Positions 10,481-19,756 of a stretch of 24,917 nt of DNA are shown here, in pieces. Numbering within the stretch: the first letter of the stretch is position 1; every line of letters begins with the position of its first letter. Source of the stretch: Macrostomum lignano (taxonomy: Eukaryota); assembly GCA_002269645.1 (NCBI GenBank), contig NIVC01004078.1, positions 1 to 24,917 of the forward strand, written 5' to 3'. A program made the translations under genes and the position numbers. The notes below the pieces were generated by a model. It did no database searches and was not told where the DNA came from. It worked only from the letters and a program-made list of their open reading frames with translations.

Positions 10481-11089
10481 CAGGCCCAGGGGTCCTGACT
10501 GCTCGGCCGGTCTTCGCTCGTCGCCGCGAGTCGTCGCTGGTCGTCGCCCTGAGCAACGCGCGCTGTCAACTGCGTTGAGCTCGAGCTTACGCTCTGCCAA
10601 GATAGCTCCGCTGCGTGTGCCAAGCCACGCCAGGTTACGCTGTGCGCTGATTGTTTGTAGGGACTATTGCCTGACAGTTAGTCTGGGTGGTTTGCGTGAT
10701 AGGACTCTCCCCTGTTATAGGCTTTTTGTGGTTTGCCCCTGTCAGGCACGTATTTTTGTTAGTAGGACGCAATCTCTCTCGTCTCTCTCGCGTCATCAAC
10801 CTCAATTCGTTCTCTCTGGAACCTTACTCTCACTCGTGGTTGCTCCGTTCGCCTCACTCGGGCTCCTGCCTGAGCTTCATCTCGCACAATGTCCGGCAAC
10901 GGGGAAGACTTCGGCATGGCGCCTCCCGAGCCTGTGGCGGACCCAGTCGCCGCACAGGCAGTTAATCCACCAGCCCCAGCCACTGAACCCAGACCCAGCT
11001 ATGGGCGCCCCATCTGCCCACCCGTTAGGTACCGGGCGTGCCAGGTGTCCGGCCTGCTCCAGCTGTAGGGTGGCAAGCATTAGTTTGCT

Positions 11090-11330
11090 CACGCCCCGGG
11101 CAAGGCGTAAAACTACCTCCTGTGGCACCTGTCAGCCACAGGTCTCTGCGGCACCTGTAGACCGCAAGTTCACGCCCCGGGCAAGGCGTAAAACTACCTC
11201 CTGTGGCACCTGTCAGCCACAGGTCTCTGCGGCACCTGTAGACCGCAAGCTCACGCCCCGGGCAAGGCGTTAAACTACCTCCTGTGGCACCTGTTGGCCA
11301 CAGGTCCCTGCGGCATCTGCCAGCCGCAAG
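11090..11330. repeat. 81-bp tandem array, 3 units, each with three hairpins
   Basis: CACGCCCCGG anchors at 11090, 11171 and 11252. Confidence 0.95.
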
Positions 11331-11509
11331 CCACAAAACACAAGCCACAGCTGTTACTCACTGCCAGATACTAGTGTGCACAACTTCCACAGCTGTACCA
11401 GCCAACAGCCAACCACCGTAGTCAAGGGGATAAACTGCAGCGACATTGCAATTTGATAATTTATATAGCTAACTAAAATAAATAAAATAAAAAATAGCTT
11501 AGAATAGTC

Positions 11510-11635
11510 CTATAGCATCCGTTCGGTATTACCAAAGTCGATGAAATGAATAAGTGCGTCATCTCTGACGCTAATAGTAATACCCCGAAACCATGTAATG
11601 TGCAATATACGGTTAGTAATTAAAGCATAACTACT
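11510..11635 (-). pseudogene. Tudor-domain coding fragment carried antisense inside the LTR element
   Basis: Minus strand reads SSYALITNRILHITWFRGITISVRDDALIHFIDFGNTERML*, matching the Tudor consensus W[YF]R[AG]x[VI]...[VI]xF[IV]D[YF]GNxE. T-rich intron-like tracts flank it. No complete reading frame was recovered. Confidence 0.7.
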
Positions 11636-11909
11636 GGCGACTAGTGAAACGCATAAATAACTCAAAAAGGAAAATAAAAACTGAAAAAACAACCATTGAA
11701 AACTCGAGAAAAATATTCTGCCTATAAGAATATAGCTAGCTTAGTTCGCTGCTCAGCCCATTGACGAGTGCAGCATCGCTTTCGCTGTTGTCGGAAATGA
11801 GCTGTAGCTCGTCATTAAATTTCGCAAATTTCATAATGTAGCTAGATAGATATAATACTTGTGGGGTAAAAGTAAGCACTACACACACACACACCGCACC
11901 GCACGCACG

Positions 11910-12485
11910 CTCTCTCTGCCTTTGGCGCGTAGCGCCGTCCTCCGCCTGGCGCGCTGCGCCGTCCTCTGCCTTTGGCGCGTAGCGCCATCCTCTGCCTTGG
12001 CGCGTAGCGCCGTCCTCTGCCTTGGCGCGTAGCGCCGTCCTCTGCCTTTGGCGCGTAGCGCCATCCTCTGCCTTGGCGCGTAGCGCCGTTCTCTGCCTTG
12101 GCGCGTGGCGCCGTTCCCTGCCGTGGCGCCCTGTCGCCGTTTCCTGCCTTGGCGCGTGGCGCCGTTCTCTGCCTTGGCGCGTGGCGCCGTTCCCTGCCGT
12201 GGCGCCCTGTCGCCGTTTCCTGCCTTGGCGCGTGGCGCCGTTCCTTTGCCTGGCGCGCTGCGCCGTCCTCTGCCTTGGCGCTCTTGCGCCGTTCTCCGCC
12301 TGGCGCGCTGCGCCGTCTCCTGCCTTGGCGCGTTGCGCCTTTCTCCGCCTGGCGCGCTGCGCCGTTTTCTGCCTTGGCGCTCCGCGCCGTCCTGTCTCCG
12401 CCTTGGGCGCTCCCTTGCCGGTTTCTCCCTCCCGCCTGTTTGGCGCGCCGCGCCGTGTCCCGCCGCCCTTGGCGCTTGTCGTCGT
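11910..12485. repeat. 24-26 bp minisatellite, ~22 units, each with a GGCGC-NNN-GCGCC inverted motif
   Basis: GGCGC starts at 11924, 11948, 11974, 11999, 12024, 12050, 12075, 12100, 12125, 12151, 12176, 12201, 12227, 12252, 12277, 12302, 12327, 12351, 12376, 12406, 12442 and 12471. There is a 76-bp higher-order duplication (12091-12166 / 12167-12242). Confidence 0.95.
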
Positions 12486-13325
12486 TTGCCCGCAGTTGTC
12501 CGGACTGTGTCTCTGTTTCGTGCCTCTGCTCTGCATCTTTTGCCTCATCCGTCTTGTCACCTTTGTTCTGTGCTCCTTGCCTCATCTGTCTTGTCACCTC
12601 TGTTCGTCCTGTCGTTTTTTTGTGCGTTTGCGTGCCCCGCGCGCTCCGCTCTGCGCTACTTTTGTAACCAATGTTATTCTCACTGCCATACCTACGTTGA
12701 CTTTGATTTTCACCATTCATCTACCTGTATTCATTATTTACTGCAGTCTGTTCCTTTGTTTTCGTATTCCCCTTCAGCCTCTTCACTTCTTTTTGCGAGC
12801 GTGTGAAACATCCCATTTTGTTGCGGTGCCGGACCTCGAAAGCCGGGCGCCATAGGCGTTTTTCAACGCTCTTTCTTTTCTCTGTGCCTGTTTTTTTTCT
12901 TTGCGCCTCTGTGCGCGTGTCTGGGCGGCGCCTGCGTCCCATTGGGGGCGAGCCCATGCGGTCCACCGGGACCGGCCCAGCTGTTGAGCCGTTTGTCGGC
13001 TGGCTGCACCCTGCAGCGGATGCATTCTGCATCGTTTACACACCTTCACTCCACTGCTTCCCTCGCGTGCTAGCTCTTCTTTGTAATGTTCTGTAACTTT
13101 CTGTAATCCTACCACCTGTTCTGTAAGTTGACTTCGATTATTCAGCCACTCATAAGCCTGTGGGTTAGTAATCCCTAAAGCCTCCAGTAATCATATGCTC
13201 ATACAAACTGACTCAACCCCACTGTAATTCATTCTACTGTAATTTCATTTGCTGCGGTCATGCTGTGTTTTTCTTGCCGTCACCCCGCGTGTTGGTTTTC
13301 TTTTTGCGCGACCCTATCCTTTTTC

Positions 13326-13339
13326 GGAAGGGAGGCGAG
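13326..13339 (+). promoter_or_regulatory. Polypurine tract
   Basis: GGAAGGGAGGCGAG directly abuts the 3' LTR and is preceded by a T-run. Confidence 0.85.
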
Positions 13340-14181
13340 TGTGACGTTGTCAGTTTAAGGTGGTCCCGAAAAGGGCCGTTGGACTGCTGGTTTTCCATAG
13401 TCATTCAACCCTTCAGTTTCACCGCTTCAACTAAACTTTTCCATTCGTTTATTGCGACGTTTACTTGTAGTAGTGCCCAACGATTTTGTGGCAATTTATA
13501 ATTCATTGTATATTTTGCTATCCTCTCTCGCCACCGTATAAAATTGGCACGATCGATAATTTTAAGTTCTCTCGCCAGCCAATGAAATCACTCGTGTTCG
13601 CGCTACCCCCCTCTGCGCTCTTTTATTAAACCCCCCGCCTGGCGGCGGGCACTCCACGCTCCCCTCGCTCTCTCTCGCTCCTCTCTCTCCGCTTGCTCCT
13701 TGTTTCCTTCCCTGCGGCCTCTTAGCTGTCTTATCTGTTTGTCTGGCTGCCTCGAGCCTCCTTATTTCTCACCACGGCCCTTCTGTCTGGGCCAGCCTGC
13801 TCACACACTTACTTGACTGTTTCACGCCACGACCGACGCCTACTCACCACTACGTTTCACTGCCTTCACGGTGCTCATAGCCACTGCTCACGTCACGTCG
13901 CCATTGTGTCATTCGCCTGCCACTTGACTTCATATCCAAATTATATTCAACCCATTGCTGCAGCCGCCAGTGCCCAGAAAGCTATAGTCTGTTTATTGCC
14001 AGTAACAACCAAACTTAATACTGATATTAACAATAAAGACAACTACGGCAGTTCCTGCCTTTATCGCCAAGTGCTCCGCTACAAAATCCGCTTTACAAGA
14101 ATTGACTTCAACTTATTTTGGGACTAAAACGGCCCTTTTAAGGGTCACCGCATAGCTGGCCGCTACGCCAATAACGTGACA
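13340..14181 (+). repeat. 3' LTR (842 bp)
   Basis: I found no difference from the 5' LTR in a line-by-line visual comparison. Confidence 0.97.
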
Positions 14182-14338
14182 TCCACTAGGCCTACATAAA
14201 ACAAGTAACTTAGCATAAAGTAAATACTTTGTTGCATATTTATCCCAAATTTTTGCATAGCTAGCCTAGCATTACTACTAGGCCTAGTAATGGTTGCTTA
14301 ATAAACTGATAGTGATAGATTTGATAGATATAATCATA

Positions 14339-14512
14339 CATGCGCAACCTTGGGAATCACCCAGTTGTTTCTATTGGCAACACATACATGTAAGTCGCTA
14401 TTGGCTAAGAGCAGTCACGTGACTACTATTCCGTCCAATAGCGACTTATATGTGTGTGTTGGCGTTGCCAATAGAAACGGCCAAGTGAATCCCAAGGTTG
14501 CACCCAAGCATG
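14339..14512. mobile_element. Foldback palindromic element (probable MITE-type non-autonomous DNA transposon)
   Basis: Nested inverted arms GCAACCTTGGGA/TCCCAAGGTTGC, GTTTCTATTGGCAAC/GTTGCCAATAGAAAC and TAAGTCGCTATTGG/CCAATAGCGACTTA surround the central palindrome AGTCACGTGACT (14413-14424). No clear TSD. Confidence 0.7.
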
Positions 14513-14789
14513 GATATAATGATAGAGAATAAATTGGCATAAACATTGAAAAAGATTAAGTTTTTGTATTATAGGTAATTAGTTTCAAATATATAATTGT
14601 ATCAGCATTTATGAGTATGATTGATTAAATAAAAATTTATATAAAAATTTATAAATGAGTGGTTTTAATTTATTTAATAGCTTGCATTTGTTTAAATGTA
14701 CAAGTTATTCATTAAAAAAATCAATATTCAGCTTGCTTTTATTAACTTTCTAAATATATAAACCCAAATAATAGATGAGGAGCACAAGA

Positions 14790-15160
14790 AATTGTTGCAG
14801 GAAGTTTTCTTACTGAGGTTTTCCTACAACAAAGTTTTCCCACTGAAGGTTTTGCTGTAGAGCTTTTCCTGCCAAGATTTCCCTGCCAAGATTTTCCCTT
14901 AGCAAGGTTTTCCCACAAAAGTTTTTTCTACCAAGGTTTTCCTGCAAGGTTTTTTCCTATTAGAATTTTAAGTTAAATTAAGTTTATAGACAATGGCATG
15001 CTAGTCTAGATTAGAAGTAGGCCTAGCCTAGACTAGACTAGGCTAGGCTAGTTTAGACTAGACAACAAACTAGATTAGACTAGATTTCAAATCCAATTGG
15101 ATTTGACTTGAACTTCTGGCAGGAAAAACCTTGCAAGAAAACCTTGGCAAAAAACTCTCA
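14790..15160. repeat. Degenerate ~15-16 bp array (AAGGTTTTCCTGCC-like), then (CTAGA)n, then inverted copies of the array
   Basis: About 10 units at 14790-14960, CTAG-rich 5-mers at 15001-15085, and reverse-complement units GGCAGGAAAAACCTT/GAAAACCTT at 15117-15160. Confidence 0.65.
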
Positions 15161-16144
15161 CATTTTTAATATAGTATATATACTAGTATTGTATTTTTTA
15201 CATATCAAATAGTCTATTAATGGCCTAGAATTTCTTACTTGTATTTCTTAAAATAACTCTTATTTGTAAATTTTTTAGCAGCTATCTAGGTATTTAACCA
15301 TTAGTCCTTAGGTGTTACCAAGATTAGTTAGAGGGTTGTTGAACTTAATACTATGTATGCATTTCTAATATATTTTTTGTTTCACTTTGATCTCTTTAGT
15401 ATTCTGTGTATTAATAGGATATATAGCATGATTCCTTTTTATGTTACTCTTCAAAAAGAGTAAGTGTTTGAATTAATTTCTATGTTTCTGAACATAGAAT
15501 ATTTACTAGATAAAAAAGGTAGAAAAGGTTAATAAGTTGGTTGGTTTACTAGCCAGACTGCATCTATTTATACTGCCTAAGAAGCCTAGTCAAAATTGAT
15601 TTTATGATACATGATTAAAATACTAGCATTGTAAAAAAATTAGAGGTGAATATTATTTTTCAGTTTTAAAATGTATACAAACTTAATATGAATATTATTT
15701 TTGAACTAAAGAAAAGAGTTTTACAAAATATTTGATATTATTATTAATCTAATAAAATACTTAACCAATTTTTAATGAAAGCTTTTATTATTACCATTAG
15801 TAGCACTCAGACAATGTTTACTTGGTAAACTTAGGTTAAGATAGGTGAAATATACAAGCTAGTTGCCTAAAACTTCCTGTTTTTACAAGCTTTATTTTAT
15901 CATGATATTTGATAATAGCATTTTTATTTACAAAAAAGTAGATTCTATATATTATAAATTTTATTTATTTCTGAGTTAGGTTACAGTCTATGACTTAAAT
16001 ATACCATTGTCATTGTAGACATATTTGGTTGGTTTGGCTCTCAGGCTTGAATTGATCGAATTTATATACCCCAATGGTGCCCTGATCTAAGATTAATGAA
16101 TATAATCTGACTATAATACAATGACTTAACTATTTCAGCTTCCA

Positions 16145-16792
16145 ATGATGCCCTGCCAAAGCCCAACAGGCAATGCAGCCACCACTGGTGAATCAGTTTT
16201 GGCAGGCACAGCTGATGGCATTGATGGCGATGTTGAAGATTCTGAGCAGCAGCAGCAGCAGCAGTATGAAATGTATGGCTACGCTCCCATTGGTTCCACG
16301 CACTCCGATGATTCCGACTCTGATTCAGAACACGTTTCGGGCAATGCTGATTTTGAGCATTTTCCAGACGAGCACGCAGCAGAGGCAGGCGCCGAAATTG
16401 AAGAGGCCGAGCCTGTCGAGACCCCCGGCCTCGACCGGCTGATCGAGCGACAGCTGGCGGCGGACGAACTTTTGCCATCTGGCAGCGGCGGCGCCGGCAG
16501 CGACTCTCTGTCGGTGTTCGCCCAGCCGCCGCCGGCCGACCCGGCCTCTTCCCTGGCGGCCGTGTGGCGCGGGCCGCCCCGGCCAGCCGCCGGCATCAGC
16601 GAGGCCGAGGCCGCCAAAATTCGCGAGGCGATGCGCGGCGTCCGCCTGCCGGCCGGCGCGGCGCCAGACTGGGCGCACCGCCTGCCCGAGCGCGAGTGGA
16701 AGGACCTGCTGGTGGCTCGGCTGTCTGCCGCCGCCGCCGCCCCCGTCTCTGCAGATGCACCGTCCGGCAGTGGGGTTGACGACTCCCAATAA
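16145..16792 (+). CDS. MEA1: Male-enhanced antigen 1-like protein (single coding exon, 215 aa)
   Basis: Acidic N-terminal half with GYAPI and a poly-Q6 run. The C-terminal IREAMRGVRLPAGAAPDWAHRLPEREWKDLL matches the conserved MEA1 motif (M.G..LP....P.WA......W). Confidence 0.85.
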   Translation: MMPCQSPTGNAATTGESVLAGTADGIDGDVEDSEQQQQQQYEMYGYAPIGSTHSDDSDSDSEHVSGNADFEHFPDEHAAEAGAEIEEAEPVETPGLDRLIERQLAADELLPSGSGGAGSDSLSVFAQPPPADPASSLAAVWRGPPRPAAGISEAEAAKIREAMRGVRLPAGAAPDWAHRLPEREWKDLLVARLSAAAAAPVSADAPSGSGVDDSQ

Positions 16793-17429
16793 GCTAGTAG
16801 TTTTAGTTTTGCAATAGCAGTGCATGCCATTTCTCTGAAGGGATCTCATCCCAACATTCTATTGCATTCCAGAGACTGTTCTGAGTTCTAATCTTGTTTG
16901 CTTTCACCTGCTGCCGACAGACGCTTTTGGCCTTCACATAGCAACTGAATTGATTGAAGGAAAAGCGGCAGCGCAGCGGCTTTCATTTTTGTAAAATTGC
17001 CTACTGATAGTAGCATGATTGAGCCGTTTTCAATTAATGTACAAATACATACTGATTGAGGAAAGATGATGAGAAAGTGGCAAGGATCACTTTTGCGCGT
17101 ACAAGGAAGCAAATCATTCGCTTTGCCAAGCTTTGTTGCAGTTTCTTGTGATTTTTTCCGACTGATATTTCCTTTTATAGTTGCTTTTATCCGCTTTTGT
17201 TCTCACGGAAAATGGGAGCGATGTTGCTTTGCCGAATGCAGCCTCCTTAAGCTTCATAGTTTCGGTCACGTCTGCCCAGCCCCCCGGTCGCGGGGGGATC
17301 GCGTGCCGCAGTGCGAGCAATTCTCACTTTGATCGCATGGTCTTCATGCAGCCCTTCCCTTCTGCTCTGTTTTGGTCCATCTCCGCAAGCAGGGTCTGCA
17401 AACTTTTTTACCTCTAGCGCGTGACTGCG

Positions 17430-17581
17430 GGCCAGAGGATGGGGAGAGAGGAGAGTAAAGAGAAGAGAGATAGGAGAAAGAACAGAACAGAGGAGAGGAG
17501 ATTAGAGAGAAGAAAAGAGACGACCTTGAGTGGGCCGGATTTCTATTGTGAAGTTTCAAAGAACCCGAGGTCCGGATAGAG
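17430..17581 (+). repeat. Dispersed repeat, copy A (purine tract plus 59-bp core)
   Basis: Core 17523-17581 matches the reverse complement of 20755-20813 at 52/59 nt. Confidence 0.85.
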
Positions 17582-18649
17582 AGGTATCTATTTGTTACGA
17601 TCGTAACTGTAACTTCAAGAGACTGCAGTGATAATTACGTAAATTTATAGCGGGTTTGATGCCTTTATCAGTGGGGCGGCAGCAGCTCTGAGGGCGACTT
17701 CTGTAGAAAAATTGACCGGAGGGTTGTGCAATTCACAGCCATGTTGAGGGCCAACCCCCCCCCCCAAGGCACAGAGAGTACCTGACGATTAGAAAGTCAA
17801 ATTGCTGCACATATATGGCATCTTTATCCAGCTCTTGTTATGCATAGAAAATACGCTATTATTGTTATTAAACGATTACTTAGATTACTGCAATTTATCT
17901 GTACAGCCTCTTGGGGCGTCTAGTATGCATACAGTCAGTGACCTCTTTGCCCTGAAGGGCTGCCGTTGATCCATTCATGCTTTACTGAGACAGCCTTTAT
18001 TGTCCCCCGCAGTACCGCAGGCCACTCCCTTGTCTGATTTAGATTGCGCGTTCCCCAGCTAATGCAGGGCTTCATATGTCTGCTGTATGTCGCGTGTCTT
18101 CGCTCCGCTCTAAACGGTAAAGAGGAGAACACGCCCTTGGCGACTGCGAGCTTATAGAAGGCTATACGCAAGTACAATGAGCCTGTGTTTGAACTTGATT
18201 TAAAGCCCGATTCGATTCTTATTAAAATCCATGTCCCTGCATGCCACAGACGCATTTATCAATGAAATTTAGACCTGGATGTGGCACGACGATCGTGACG
18301 GCACTTTTACATGCTCGTGCTTCCTGCACATGTTACTGGAATCAGTATAGTTTAAGACATTGCTTAATTTTCGTGCCGCGTGACAGCGTGAATTCGGGGA
18401 GGGTTTTGTATATTTCTTAACGTTGTAGCTTCGAGTCAAAACGACAAGTTAGGGCCTATTGCTTCTTGATATTGGGCGAGGAATTGAATGAATAGGGTCT
18501 TCCTATACGAGTGTACATATACGTCTCGTTTTGCTTTTTACTGAACAATAAATCGAGACTTTAGGAGATAAACTTGATGTAGCTCGTACTACTGTATGTA
18601 CAGAGAGTCAGTAAAGATTCTTGTTAACTAAGTCAACTAAGCTGTTTTG

Positions 18650-19756
18650 TCAAAGGCGGCACTCAGCAGCTGGTGGCAGCCGACCGCCATGCGCTCGGCA
18701 GAAGCCGCACTGACTGCCGGCCGGCGACCCAGTCTCCCTGTCCTCGTCCGCGCCGCACGCCGCGAATTCGTCCTCGTCGCGCCCGATGGTCAGCATCAGC
18801 GCCGCCTTCTCGGTGGTGGCGGCGCCTCTGCCGCCGTGTTGAGTCTGCCGCCGATTCGCTGGCGCTGATCTGGGCAGCGTTGATGACGACATCAACAGGG
18901 AGGCGTCCGGCAGTGCGGCGGCCTCCGCCGCGGCCGCCACAGTTGACTGGCGCTGGCTGGTGCGGCCCTGGGCGACCGCGTGCAGCAGCAGGCAGGCCGC
19001 CAGCAGAGCCACCAGGGCTGTCAGCGAGCCGGCCAACCACATCAGGGCGCAGCGAATTCGAGCGACAGACGCCGCTGCTGACGCTGACGCCGATGCCGAT
19101 GCTGCAGCTTCTTCCGGCGGCAGAGGTTCCAGCTGGTCCGGCACCAGCACGGACGCTCGCCCAGGCCGTGGTGGCGTGGTTGGTGGCAGTGGCGGCGCGG
19201 GGCGCTGACAGAGGAAGAACACGGTGTCCGACTCACCGCCCCCGATGCGGCACAGGGTCCGCTGGGCCGGCAGGATGGCCTTCTCCAAGTCGAAGCCGCC
19301 CCCAGCAAAGTGCAAACACACCGGGTCCTGTCTCGGCCGGGTCTGGTCGAAGATGTCCGGTGTCTGCAGGATGAAGCAGAGGGCGAGCCGCTCGGCCGGC
19401 CGGTCTGGACTGTGCGCGGCAAACAGAGCGGACCGGAGGCTGCTCAGCAGACTGTGCTCGGCGTTCCACTGTGCGGTTGTCCTGCCATCTGTGTCGAGCC
19501 TGAGCAGGCCGTCAAATCCGCCGGTCAGGCAGACGGCGTCCAGAACGGCGAAGCAGTCATAGAGCTGGCGCAGCGTCAGCTCTTGGCTCGGCGGAGCCTT
19601 GAACTGCGGCCCGTCGGGTCTGAGGAACATCCCGGCCTGGCCGGAGCCGGCCACCAAGAAGGTGGCGTTCGCGTTGCCGACTGCGGCCGCCAGCAGCCGG
19701 CTGCAGCAGCCGGGCATGAACAGTAAAAGCAGCGGGAAAACAAGGATCAGAGACAT
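18650..19756 (-). CDS. Uncharacterised type I single-pass membrane protein (368 aa, single coding exon)
   Basis: ATG-initiated GC-rich ORF with a hydrophobic signal peptide, an N30-A-T sequon, six ectodomain cysteines (68, 76, 127, 147, 169, 183), a Pro/Ala-rich stalk, a TM helix at ~237-262 and a ~105-aa tail. Family not recognised. Confidence 0.8.
   Translation of the reverse strand: MSLILVFPLLLLFMPGCCSRLLAAAVGNANATFLVAGSGQAGMFLRPDGPQFKAPPSQELTLRQLYDCFAVLDAVCLTGGFDGLLRLDTDGRTTAQWNAEHSLLSSLRSALFAAHSPDRPAERLALCFILQTPDIFDQTRPRQDPVCLHFAGGGFDLEKAILPAQRTLCRIGGGESDTVFFLCQRPAPPLPPTTPPRPGRASVLVPDQLEPLPPEEAAASASASASAAASVARIRCALMWLAGSLTALVALLAACLLLHAVAQGRTSQRQSTVAAAAEAAALPDASLLMSSSTLPRSAPANRRQTQHGGRGAATTEKAALMLTIGRDEDEFAACGADEDRETGSPAGSQCGFCRAHGGRLPPAAECRL

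Larger units (their letters stand above)
9148..14181 (+). mobile_element. Non-autonomous LTR retroelement (5,034 bp; LARD-like), recently inserted
   Basis: Two 842-bp direct repeats with TGT...ACA ends, a 5-bp TSD, a PBS after the 5' LTR and a PPT before the 3' LTR. No gag, protease, RT, RNase H or integrase motif is visible in the ORF track or my manual translations of the 3.35-kb interior. Superfamily not assignable. Confidence 0.95.

Noticed and set aside
10431-11273. 280-aa sense ORF as gag
   Set aside because: It has a GTG start inside a repeat, no CCHC knuckle or capsid-like features, and its length is inflated by tandem arrays.
10004-12485. CRISPR-like repeat-spacer array
   Set aside because: The context is eukaryotic, and the units are tandem minisatellites without unique spacers or cas genes.
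12022-12855. Long plus-strand ORFs across the 25-bp minisatellite
   Set aside because: The A-poor repeat strand lacks stops in all frames, and the unit lengths are not codon multiples.
16062-16849. Antisense and alternate-frame ORFs over MEA1
   Set aside because: GC-rich shadow ORFs of the real CDS.
17594-17607. Perfect 14-bp palindrome GTTACGATCGTAAC
   Set aside because: An isolated palindrome of this size is not unexpected enough in 25 kb to support a functional call.
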